Shown: positions 17,492 to 26,273 of the stretch, piece by piece
Layout: each line of letters opens with the position of its first letter
Numbering within the stretch: position 1 is the stretch's first letter
Translations under genes and position numbers: made by a program
Assembly (NCBI GenBank): GCA_037443825.1
Contig: JBBINP010000003.1
Coordinates: 1-40,466, forward strand
Source: Candidatus Moraniibacteriota bacterium
Lineage (GTDB): Bacteria; Patescibacteriota; Minisyncoccia; Moranbacterales; JBBINP01
Reading direction: 5' to 3'
DNA: 40,466 nucleotides
The notes under the pieces: generated by a model
Database searches by the model: none
What the model saw: the letters and a program-made list of their open reading frames with translations, nothing else
Told to the model about the DNA's origin: nothing

Positions 17492-17899
17492 TTAAAATTC
17501 AAAAACGATTTTGTTGTCTTTCACGTATTGGATTATGTTTTTCACCCGCTCCTGGTTTTTTGTTGAATTGTTTCCCAGATCTTCATCCAGCAACTTGGCG
17601 ATTCTGAATATGTCTTCCACCTCGGCTATGTTTGAGAGCAAATCAATAATTTCTTTTTTATATTCTTTGGGAGCGTAATTCGCGATATGTTCAATATGCC
17701 TCTCGGCAAGTCCGGCAAAAACCGAACATACATTAAATCCCGTGGAATTTATTAATAGAACATCTTCGTTTTTTCTTGCCAATACGTCCGACGCAATGGC
17801 ATGTTTTGAAGCAGAACCGACTTTCCCATAAGAAAGATGGGGCATTTCTATTTTGCCGGAAATATCAAATTTTAATTCTATTGAATCTCGCGTCATCAT
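17492..17899 (-). CDS. Hypothetical protein (135 aa)
   Basis: ORF fills the gap between co-oriented genes. Confidence 0.75.
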   Translation of the reverse strand: MMTRDSIELKFDISGKIEMPHLSYGKVGSASKHAIASDVLARKNEDVLLINSTGFNVCSVFAGLAERHIEHIANYAPKEYKKEIIDLLSNIAEVEDIFRIAKLLDEDLGNNSTKNQERVKNIIQYVKDNKIVFEF

Positions 17900-17922
17900 T
17901 TTTGTTTCTGTTTATTCTTAAA

Positions 17923-19857
17923 TTAAACCCCCTTGATAGCTTGGTCTGTGTATGTGCCGTGTTGCTTCATTGTTTTGGCGGTTTCGTCTTGGTAAAATTC
18001 CTTCTTTTCTTTTTTCCATTCATCATGTAATTTTTTCGCATTTTCAAGCGCTTCAATTTCGTTTTTAAGATTAAGGACTTTTCTATCAAATTTATCTTTT
18101 TGATCTTGAGTTGTTCCGCTTGGCAAGGGAGTGGATATCAACAACTTATGTTGATTAATTTTTTTCACGTATTCACGCCTGTCAAAACTCGGCTCCGGAA
18201 CAGCATACGGAGTGGATGCTTTAGTTCTTCTTTTTATCTCCTTTTCATATTCTTTGCTATCGCGTTTGGCAGCCTCCCGCAAACCAGCTAATTCATTAAA
18301 ATTCTCCTGACTGGGAGCTAGTCCTTTACTACTTATTCCATTTTCTATTCTTTCAATTTCATCCACAACGTCTTTCATGTTTTTATTTTCCCAGTTTTCT
18401 GCTCTTTCTTTAATGGCCTCTCTATTTCTTTTTTCCTTAAATTTTTGTCTTGCTTTCGCTTCGGCTTCCTTTGGATCTTTTCCACTTGCTCTCGCTTTTT
18501 GCCTTGCTTCGCGCACCGCCATTTCTTCGTCATACGCTTCTTTTCTTTCATCAACGCCTTTTCCTTTCTTGCCGGTCAATGTGTCTTTGTAATGTTTCAG
18601 TTTGGCTCTCGTTTTTCCTTCCAATTCATTAAATCCGGGGATTTTTCTTGCGCCGGCCCAGGCGGCATATCCGGCTCCCTTGGCCGTGCCTTTGGCCATT
18701 TTTTTGCTCCATGCTATGCTTTTATTAAAGGCCTTTGTTCCTATCTCGCCAGCCGCGCCGCCCAGTTTCAGTGCCGCCAAAAAACCGGTCCAAAGAAGAA
18801 TGACCGGGATGAAAAAAAGCGCCGCGCTGGCAACAAAACTGGAGCTATCGCTCGATCCCACATTGTTTCCCGCGTCTCGAAGAAAAGTCGCATCAATGGC
18901 GCTGTTACTCATATTTTGCATTATTTTTACGGACAAGACGATTACAAACATCATTATCGGCGCGAAAAAAGAATATTTAAAAAGAGCGTCCCACCAATCA
19001 TTGGCATGTTTGTTGATGGCGGGAAAAATTAATCCCACGAACCCAACAGGGGAAAGAATGATAACAATTCCCAAAACAGCCAACCGGACGACAAAACACA
19101 GCGCTATCACGAGAAAAGTGATCATCAAAATGAAAGTGAGAGTAATAATAGCTAGCAAAAACCAGACGGACGTGCTGTCAGATGTGGCTGTTTTAAAATT
19201 AATCACTTTCACAATACTTGAATATTCGGCAATCTGTGCAAAAATGCTTTCGCCCTTGCCGCCGGCGGGAACAAGACTGTTAAAAAGAAAGTAGAAAATA
19301 ATGTGGGACACGTCTATGACAAAGCGCGCGATGGGAAAACTGAAATTCACCAGAAGCGCCACAAGAATCACGTTGAGCAGAATGCCTTTTCCGATAAGGT
19401 GGTATTTTGAAACCTGAAAGACAGTGCAAAAAGCCGAAAATAAAAGAGTCAGAATAAAAGCGATATTTAAAATATCGCGCACCGTTTTCCATGATTCATA
19501 AATAGCCGGATTCCACAGAACTCTATAAATATTTTCCGGATTAACCACCCATCCAAAAATAACCGCGGCCACTCCCAAAAACCAAGCGAAAACCAAAAAA
19601 ATTCCATATAATACGGCTTTTATCGCTTTTAAAAACATATTCCCTACCGTCCCGGCATCCTGATGTTTAATCGCGGGTTTACTATTTTGTGCAAAAGTTT
19701 TTTCCGCTGTTTCATAAACAAACACCTTTTCGCCGTGACTGCCACCGTCCAATTCAACGCCCTGAAAGTTCAAAAGAAAAAAACCAAAAACGACAAAAAC
19801 AGACAAAATGGCAAGTTTCGCGCTTTTGGATATTTTTTTGTTTTTCTTTTTCCACAT
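17923..19857 (-). CDS. VirB6/TrbL-like polytopic membrane protein with charged coiled-coil C-terminal tail
   Basis: WKTVRDILN, LLVNFS..IARFVID, R...L..VIILSP.GF, WWDALFKYSFFAP pattern recalled from CPR VirB6-like proteins; near pilin array. Confidence 0.65.
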   Translation of the reverse strand: MWKKKNKKISKSAKLAILSVFVVFGFFLLNFQGVELDGGSHGEKVFVYETAEKTFAQNSKPAIKHQDAGTVGNMFLKAIKAVLYGIFLVFAWFLGVAAVIFGWVVNPENIYRVLWNPAIYESWKTVRDILNIAFILTLLFSAFCTVFQVSKYHLIGKGILLNVILVALLVNFSFPIARFVIDVSHIIFYFLFNSLVPAGGKGESIFAQIAEYSSIVKVINFKTATSDSTSVWFLLAIITLTFILMITFLVIALCFVVRLAVLGIVIILSPVGFVGLIFPAINKHANDWWDALFKYSFFAPIMMFVIVLSVKIMQNMSNSAIDATFLRDAGNNVGSSDSSSFVASAALFFIPVILLWTGFLAALKLGGAAGEIGTKAFNKSIAWSKKMAKGTAKGAGYAAWAGARKIPGFNELEGKTRAKLKHYKDTLTGKKGKGVDERKEAYDEEMAVREARQKARASGKDPKEAEAKARQKFKEKRNREAIKERAENWENKNMKDVVDEIERIENGISSKGLAPSQENFNELAGLREAAKRDSKEYEKEIKRRTKASTPYAVPEPSFDRREYVKKINQHKLLISTPLPSGTTQDQKDKFDRKVLNLKNEIEALENAKKLHDEWKKEKKEFYQDETAKTMKQHGTYTDQAIKGV

Positions 19858-19932
19858 AAGTATTTTATTTCAAACGAAAACGGCAAACGGACACCGTCTA
19901 ATTTCGCCGATTCGCAAAATTGATTTCCAGAC

Positions 19933-19974
19933 AATTCCGGCAAAACAACACCAAGACCAATTGCCGGAATTATA
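19933..19974. promoter_or_regulatory. 11-bp inverted repeat overlapping a minus-strand TATAAT upstream of the VirB6-like gene
   Basis: aattccggcaa 19933-19943 / ttgccggaatt 19961-19971; attata 19969-19974. Confidence 0.45.
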
Positions 19975-20013
19975 CAACAAAAACACAAAAAAACAAAATT
20001 GCAGAATATTTTT

Positions 20014-20430
20014 TCATAAAATGTTTTTGATTTCCCGCAGGATTTCTTCCGGAACCGGATTTCTTTTCGGGCTCACTCCCGGATACCGCCAGGCGCTGAT
20101 TACGCGGATCTCGCGTTTTGTTGAATTTCGGATTTGTATTTTTGAACCCGCGGTCCGCCCTGAAGCCGGAAATCGGGATCTGGAAATTTCCCCGCCCCGT
20201 AACCGAAACATTGCCCAAATTTCCTGTTTCCATGTTTTTTTGCCGTTTCTGATTTTCACGGAAACGGGCTGCATCACAGCGACAGTTTTGGGCGCGATGC
20301 CACCCTCCCGCCTTTGCGAATTCCTAATCACGCGCGCGACTCTTTGGGCGCTCAGACCGTATCGCGCCATTTTGAGAACCGCGTGCCGCGTCCAGTGGTA
20401 TTTGTCATTTTTGGGAAACTTAAAATTCAC
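20014..20430 (-). CDS. Hypothetical protein, DUF4258/BrnT-like fold candidate
   Basis: WTRHA..KM..YGLS...V..VI and C-terminal RVISAWR; overlaps htpX end. Confidence 0.6.
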   Translation of the reverse strand: MNFKFPKNDKYHWTRHAVLKMARYGLSAQRVARVIRNSQRREGGIAPKTVAVMQPVSVKIRNGKKTWKQEIWAMFRLRGGEISRSRFPASGRTAGSKIQIRNSTKREIRVISAWRYPGVSPKRNPVPEEILREIKNIL

Positions 20431-21355
20431 GGTTTACTGAATAATTAGACGATGACTGCCTCGCGTCTATTTCTCTTAACGCCTTGATTCTTTCCTCTAT
20501 CGGCGGATGCGTTTGAAACAAGGAGGAAATTTTTTTGCCCTTGAAAGGATTGGCTATGTATAAATGCGCCGTGGCGCGGTTGGCGGCTTCCAACGGCTCA
20601 TTGTCGGCGGAGATTTTTTGAAGCGCGCTCGCCAAACCTTCCGGATAACGAGTAAGCAAGGCGCCGTCTGCATCCGCCAAAAATTCGCGTTTGCGGGAAA
20701 TCGCCATCTGCATCAGCATGGCCGCGAGCGGCGCCAAAATAGACAAAATTACGGCCAGAACAAGCAGGATTAATTGTAATTGTCCGCCGCCTTCCCGTTT
20801 GCGGCCAAATCCCGCCCACGTCCAATGGCGAAACCAATCGGCCAAAAGAGTCACAAATCCGACCAGCACCACTATCACGGTGGAAAGCAAGATATCGCGA
20901 TTGCCGATGTGCGAGAGTTCGTGAGCAATAACTCCTTCCAGCTCCGTTTTTTCCAATTTTTGGACAAGACCCGTGGTTAAACAGATGACTCCGTGTTCAG
21001 GATTTCTGCCGGTGGCAAAAGCGTTGAGAGCGGAATCTTCAATAATATATATTTGGGGAACCGGCAAGCCGGCCGTAATGCAGAGATTTTCCACCAGATT
21101 ATAAATTTGCCGATTATTTTTTTTGTCCGCTTTTTTGGCTCCGCTCATGGCCAAAACTATTTTGTCGCTCCACCAATACGATCCGAAGCTCATGACAAAT
21201 GAAAATATCACCGCGCCGTAAAGTATGGTGCTGTTGTTCATCGCTCCAGCAAAAATATATCCGATGCCGATGACAAATGCCAAAAAACCGGTGATATAAA
21301 CCCATGTCAGGCGGATATTTTTGTCTTTTTGCGTGTATAAAGTCGGCATATTCAA
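20420..21355 (-). CDS. htpX: M48 family zinc metalloprotease HtpX
   Basis: NAFATGR, AHELSH (HExxH), SRKREFLAD, THPPIEERI. Confidence 0.95.
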   Translation of the reverse strand: MNMPTLYTQKDKNIRLTWVYITGFLAFVIGIGYIFAGAMNNSTILYGAVIFSFVMSFGSYWWSDKIVLAMSGAKKADKKNNRQIYNLVENLCITAGLPVPQIYIIEDSALNAFATGRNPEHGVICLTTGLVQKLEKTELEGVIAHELSHIGNRDILLSTVIVVLVGFVTLLADWFRHWTWAGFGRKREGGGQLQLILLVLAVILSILAPLAAMLMQMAISRKREFLADADGALLTRYPEGLASALQKISADNEPLEAANRATAHLYIANPFKGKKISSLFQTHPPIEERIKALREIDARQSSSNYSVNREF

Positions 21356-23136
21356 TTAAACAATTGGAGGTTGCCTTTTATTATACTGTTTTTTACAGAA
21401 ATATCAATTTTTGAACTGCCGGCGATTTTTTCCAAAAAATTTTTTCTTTTTTCTTCTTGCATAATCGCCAATTGCCCGTTTCTTTCAAGATATAAAGGGA
21501 TTAAATAGAAAGACAGTTTATTGTCCGCATAGATAATTCCCAGCGCCAAACGGATTTTGACTTCTTCTGAAAAATTTTGATCAAAAACAAAATTGCCGAG
21601 GGAATAAAATACGGCTTTATTTTTATAAATCTCCACCGGCTGAACGACATGAGGATGGGAACCGATTATCAAGTCCGCTCCGGCATCAATAAATTGGCGC
21701 GCCAAAAAAATTTGTTTTTCATCCGGCAAAAAAGCGTATTCCGTTCCCCAGTGCGCCATTAAAACAACCAAATCATTTTCGCTTTTGGCTTTTTTGATGC
21801 TTTTCGCGACGCTTTCTTCGCCGGCGCCTCCAAATCGGTTATAAGCGATAAAAGCGATTTTTTTGTTGTTTATTTCTTTCACGAGATAAGCGTCTTTTTT
21901 CAGCGGACTGCCGAAATAATCCACGCTTGCTTCGCGCAAATAATTTTCCGTTTCTTGAGCGCCAATTTCTCCAAAATCATCCGTATGATTGTTGGCCAAA
22001 CTCAGGATGTTGATATGATTGCTTTTTAAGAAACTTGCGGTTGTTTCCGGATCGGAAGTGAAGGAAAAATGTTCTTTTTCTTTTGCGCGTGAATTTATTG
22101 AAACGGAAGGGTTGCTTGTAACCGCGCTTTCCAGATTGGCAACATTGAAATCCTGCCCCCAAAACAAGCGGTGGATTTTTTTCGTCGGCCAATCAACGCC
22201 TTTGTTTTTCAAAAGCGGGCGCATTCCCCGATCCAGCATCAGATCGCCAAAAAACATAAAACTGGCCGCGCCAAAACTTAATTCGCCTTTTCCTTGCGAA
22301 AAATAACCGGTGAGATAGCTGGTGTTTTCCGAACCAAAATCCCGGCCGTAAATTTCCGAAGAGCTTGATTTTTCCAGAAAATTAAACTTTCGGCGGCCAA
22401 GTTTTTCGGAATACCGCAATAAAATTTCCAATCCGCCGCGGCAATCAATGTCAATCCGGCTGATTTTTTTATAATTAAAATTATTAATGGAATCCAAAGA
22501 TATTTGATCGTGCATTTCGGAAGCTGTTTGCCCGATATAATGCGAAAAATCGGCAGAAAGAATCACAACAGTTCCGGAATCGGAATTATCAGCCAATAAA
22601 TTCGCGATTTTTTCCGCTTTGGATGAAGAAAGTCCGTCGCGCAGCATAATCGGGGTTATTTCGGCTTGCGGAAAATATTTTTTCGCGAAAGGCAACAAGT
22701 TTTTTATGCCGTGCTCTTGTTCAAACGCTTCATTATCCAATGAAAAAATGTCCGCTTCTTCCGCGAGAGTTCTGATCATTTTTTTGTCAGCATCAATTTT
22801 TCCGCCCTCAATTTCCCAATCATTGTCGGCCAAAACCGCCCACCCTCGCCCGATATTGTTGTGATTGGGACTTATGAGAACAATTTTTTTAATTTCGTGA
22901 TTTTTGTTGATTTGCGCCGTCTTTTGAAAAATATTTTCAATAAGTTTGCGCGCGACAAGATGATGCGGAGAAATAAAAGAAACAGCTTCCGGTAAAGCTG
23001 TTTTTGGCGATGTCTCAAAAATTTTATTTTCAGGAATGCTTTTTTCAATCCGATTATCGCGCGCGAAAATTCCTCCCATCATTGCAAAAAACAAGCCTGC
23101 GGCAAAAATCGCTACAATTTTCTTTTGTCTTTGCAT
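21352..23136 (-). CDS. Fusion of signal/anchor + Memo-like (AmmeMemoRadiSam protein B) domain + CapA/PgsA metallophosphoesterase-like domain
   Basis: Memo: SPHH, SPNH, EHGI..LLPF, SADFSHY; CapA: GDLMLDR, NLE, LANNH, HWGTEY, GSHPHVVQ, YSLGNFVFDQ. Confidence 0.85.
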   Translation of the reverse strand: MQRQKKIVAIFAAGLFFAMMGGIFARDNRIEKSIPENKIFETSPKTALPEAVSFISPHHLVARKLIENIFQKTAQINKNHEIKKIVLISPNHNNIGRGWAVLADNDWEIEGGKIDADKKMIRTLAEEADIFSLDNEAFEQEHGIKNLLPFAKKYFPQAEITPIMLRDGLSSSKAEKIANLLADNSDSGTVVILSADFSHYIGQTASEMHDQISLDSINNFNYKKISRIDIDCRGGLEILLRYSEKLGRRKFNFLEKSSSSEIYGRDFGSENTSYLTGYFSQGKGELSFGAASFMFFGDLMLDRGMRPLLKNKGVDWPTKKIHRLFWGQDFNVANLESAVTSNPSVSINSRAKEKEHFSFTSDPETTASFLKSNHINILSLANNHTDDFGEIGAQETENYLREASVDYFGSPLKKDAYLVKEINNKKIAFIAYNRFGGAGEESVAKSIKKAKSENDLVVLMAHWGTEYAFLPDEKQIFLARQFIDAGADLIIGSHPHVVQPVEIYKNKAVFYSLGNFVFDQNFSEEVKIRLALGIIYADNKLSFYLIPLYLERNGQLAIMQEEKRKNFLEKIAGSSKIDISVKNSIIKGNLQLFN

Positions 23137-23148
23137 TATTTAACAAAT

Positions 23149-25036
23149 TTATTTTAAAATTCCTCCCCATTCCACCACGGTAAATCCTTCGCGTTCCGGA
23201 GCGTGAAGTTTAAGCGGCATAACGTTTTTGTATTGATCCAGCTCCTCATAATCCATCATAACGCGAATAACCGTGTCCGGCGCGGGATCAATGGCAAGCG
23301 GAGCGTTGACATCCATGAATCTTTTGGAAAGAAAAGTTACAAAATAATAAGGTTTATTGTTTTTGACCATTTCCGGGATCCAAAACTCCTTAAAATCGTT
23401 AATTTCTTTGCCGATCAATCCCAGTCGGGATAATTTATCGTTAAAAAACGAGTTTAGTTGATTTTTGGCAACCACAAATCCGTTTGAAGATATTTTGTAC
23501 GGCGCGCCGCCTTGTCCTTCCCAAAAAAGATAAGGATATGTTTTTCCGTCTGCCAGATTTACAATATTGCTTTGCGTGTCGGCAAAAACTTTCCAGCCGT
23601 CGCTGCCATGGTCCGGATCGGTAACACTGAAACCGTTTTCCAGTTTCACCCGAACGCTTATATTCATCGGCTTCTCCGGATAAAGATAGATTACGGGCTT
23701 TCCGCATTCAGCCGGAGAAATAATATCCGCGCGATAAAAAGCTAATATTCTTCCGAAGTAATCCGTCCAGAAAACTTTGGGATTCATTTTTAAAAAATCT
23801 TCTTTGCTTTTTTTCTTTTTTCCGTCTTCCACCCAATAGACATCGCTGTATAATTTTTCAAAATCAGGATTCGTCGTATTTTTATATCCGTAAATATTGT
23901 CTCCTTTTTCCGTTTTTCCGACTATCACAGCGTCGTTATCAAGATTGATTTTTAATGTTTCGTCATAAACATAATCGCCCGCACCGCATCCGCTGGGATT
24001 TTTTTCATATGTATTTTTGTTTTTTTCCCCATTGTTCCATACGACGCCCAAAACTCCAGATCTGTTATGTTCATCCTCATTCGCAAAAATGTCCGGCTCT
24101 AGTTTGTACGCCACCGCCGTTCCGTCAGGCGCTTTTATATAAAAACCCAAAGATCCAAAAATATCCTGGTATTTTTTTCTATAATCACTCACCGCGTCAA
24201 TATAACTGTTTAACTCAAATTCTGTCGGATTCTGATTCAACGCTTTTATTGAGTCCGTCATCCAGACCTGGCCGTATTCCTTGTGGACAAAGACCGGTTT
24301 TAATTTGGCATTGGAAAAAAAGCCGCGCGCGTATTTGTCTTTTTTGAATTTTTGCCTGTCGTTTTCTCCCGTCATTGAATCCGGGTAAACAAGTTCTTCA
24401 ATTGATATTTTGTTGTCTATGATTTTTGTTCCCGTTCCGCTGAAAAAATATCTTTTTATAAACTCGTTTAAATATTTGTCGTAATTGTCCAGATGTTTTC
24501 CCAGAAAAATAAAATGATTGCCGCGCTTCAAAATTCTAAAAAATTCAACATTATAAGACGCCCCTTCAGCGATATTGGACACAACCACCACTTCATTGTC
24601 GGCATATTTTCCTTTGGCAACTTCGCCGACCTTAATATATTTTACGCCATTTGAAGAGATATCATCAGATCCACCGCATTTGTTTTTTTTGTTGTCGCCA
24701 AAACTGCTGCACCCTCTGTATAATTCTTTTGTTGTCAGCCCCAAATCTCCGATATCGCGCGGTTCCTGCCAATTAACCCATCCTTTTTTTAATTATGTCG
24801 GTTTGGTTGTCAATAATTTCTTCATCGGCTTGCGGCCATTTTTTTTCCGGCAAATGTTGTCCGCTTTGTTGTTTGACTTCCTCGGATTCATTCTCAAAAA
24901 CCGTCCGTGATTTTTCCTGCCTGTCAATCATTTTTCCGACTAAATAATAAGACGCTCCAAAAACCGTGGTAGCGGCAAAAATAACCAAAAAAAACTTAAT
25001 GATAATTTTTTGTTTTACTGTATCTTTCGCATTCAT
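23149..25036 (-). pseudogene. Frameshifted membrane-anchored protein with C-terminal KPVIYLYP domain (628 aa if repaired)
   Basis: ORFs 24773..25036 and 23149..24744 join (IIKK-GWVNWQEPRDIGDLG) if one A is removed from the A7 run at 24784-24790. Confidence 0.75.
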
Positions 25037-25180
25037 TTTATTTTTATTTTGTTAAAAATTAACCGCCAAGAATTCGTTAATTTTATTCTAGCAAGAAAAA
25101 AAATTGGCAAATGAAATTTACGAATCCGCAGCAAAAGCGATATAACAAATTTGTCCGGCCATTATCGGGAAGAGTGCGGA

Positions 25181-25732
25181 CTAAAATTCCACCTTTACCG
25201 GTTCTTTTTCTTTTTCGTCCATATCAAAAAAGTCCCTTCTGGCAAATTTCAGCATTCCGGCGATAATGCTGTCCGGAAAAACTTCAATTTTTGTGTTGAA
25301 ATCGCGCACGTTTCCATTATAAAAACGGCGCGCGGCCTGAATCTTGTTCTCCGTGTCGGCCAATTCCCTTTGTAGTTCCAAAAAATTTTCATTGGCTTTG
25401 AGATTCGGATAATTTTCCGCGACGGCAAACAGCGATTTTAACGTTTGCGAAAGCATGTTTTCCGCTTCGGCTTTGTCGTGAGCCGTTCCCGCACCCATGG
25501 CGCGACTTCGCGCTTCCGTTACGTTTTCAAGAACCTGCTTTTCATGCGCGGCGTAACCCTTGACCGAACTGACCAAATTGGGAATGAGATCGTATCTTCT
25601 TTTTAGTTGCACTTCAATGTCGCTCCACGCCTCTTCCACGCGGTTTTTAAGACGGATAAGTCCGTTGTAAATAAAAACAATCCACAACAAAACCGCGGCA
25701 ATAATAATGATTAAAATAATTCCGATGATCAT
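25181..25732 (-). CDS. lemA: LemA family protein
   Basis: AWSDIEVQLKRRYDLIPNLV, AVAENYPNLKAN, ARRFYN; ATG 25732 precedes the TM anchor. Confidence 0.95.
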   Translation of the reverse strand: MIIGIILIIIIAAVLLWIVFIYNGLIRLKNRVEEAWSDIEVQLKRRYDLIPNLVSSVKGYAAHEKQVLENVTEARSRAMGAGTAHDKAEAENMLSQTLKSLFAVAENYPNLKANENFLELQRELADTENKIQAARRFYNGNVRDFNTKIEVFPDSIIAGMLKFARRDFFDMDEKEKEPVKVEF

Positions 25733-25826
25733 AATAATTTGTTTTTTAATGATTATTCTCGTTTTTTCAATAATAACTTTTTTTCGCCGGATATGCAAAT
25801 CCGGAAATCCGTGTTAAAATAAAAAT

Positions 25827-26273
25827 ATGGAAATAATTTCTCAATACGCCATTTTTGCCATTCCGATTATCGTCGGAACTGTTACCCAGACAATAAAGTT
25901 TGTTGTTTTTTCCATGAAGCACGGCTGGAGTTTGCAATATTCCATGACGCACGGCCACATGCCGAGCGCCCACACCGCTTTTATTGTTTCTTTGGTAACA
26001 GCCGTGGCTATTTTTGACGAAAACGGAATACGTTCCAGCGCTTTTGCCATTGCCGCCATTCTAGCCGTTATCGTTATTGACGACGCCGTGCGGCTTCGGA
26101 TGTATATGGGCGATCAGGGGCGTTATCTCAATATGCTTGTTCGCCAGCTGAACGTGGATGAAAAAAATTTTCCGCGCCTCAAGGAAAGAATCGGCCATCG
26201 TGTCAGCGAAGTTATTATCGGGGGAATATTGGGATTTGCCCTGACAATTTTTTTGGCAAAAATATTATCCTAA
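25827..26273 (+). CDS. Divergent PAP2 family (DUF212) membrane protein
   Basis: GHMPSAH, DA..LR...G.Q, LKERIGH...EV..G motifs. Confidence 0.9.
   Translation: MEIISQYAIFAIPIIVGTVTQTIKFVVFSMKHGWSLQYSMTHGHMPSAHTAFIVSLVTAVAIFDENGIRSSAFAIAAILAVIVIDDAVRLRMYMGDQGRYLNMLVRQLNVDEKNFPRLKERIGHRVSEVIIGGILGFALTIFLAKILS

Noticed and set aside
19770-20017. Small ORFs upstream of the VirB6-like gene or a frameshifted N-terminus
   Set aside because: The VirB6-like ORF has its own basic-plus-hydrophobic N-terminus; the region is better explained as promoter and leader
24782-24790. Programmed -1 ribosomal frameshift at an AAAAAAG motif
   Set aside because: Joining the two ORFs needs +1 (or -2), not -1, and the heptamer is not in A_AAA_AAG phase in the upstream frame
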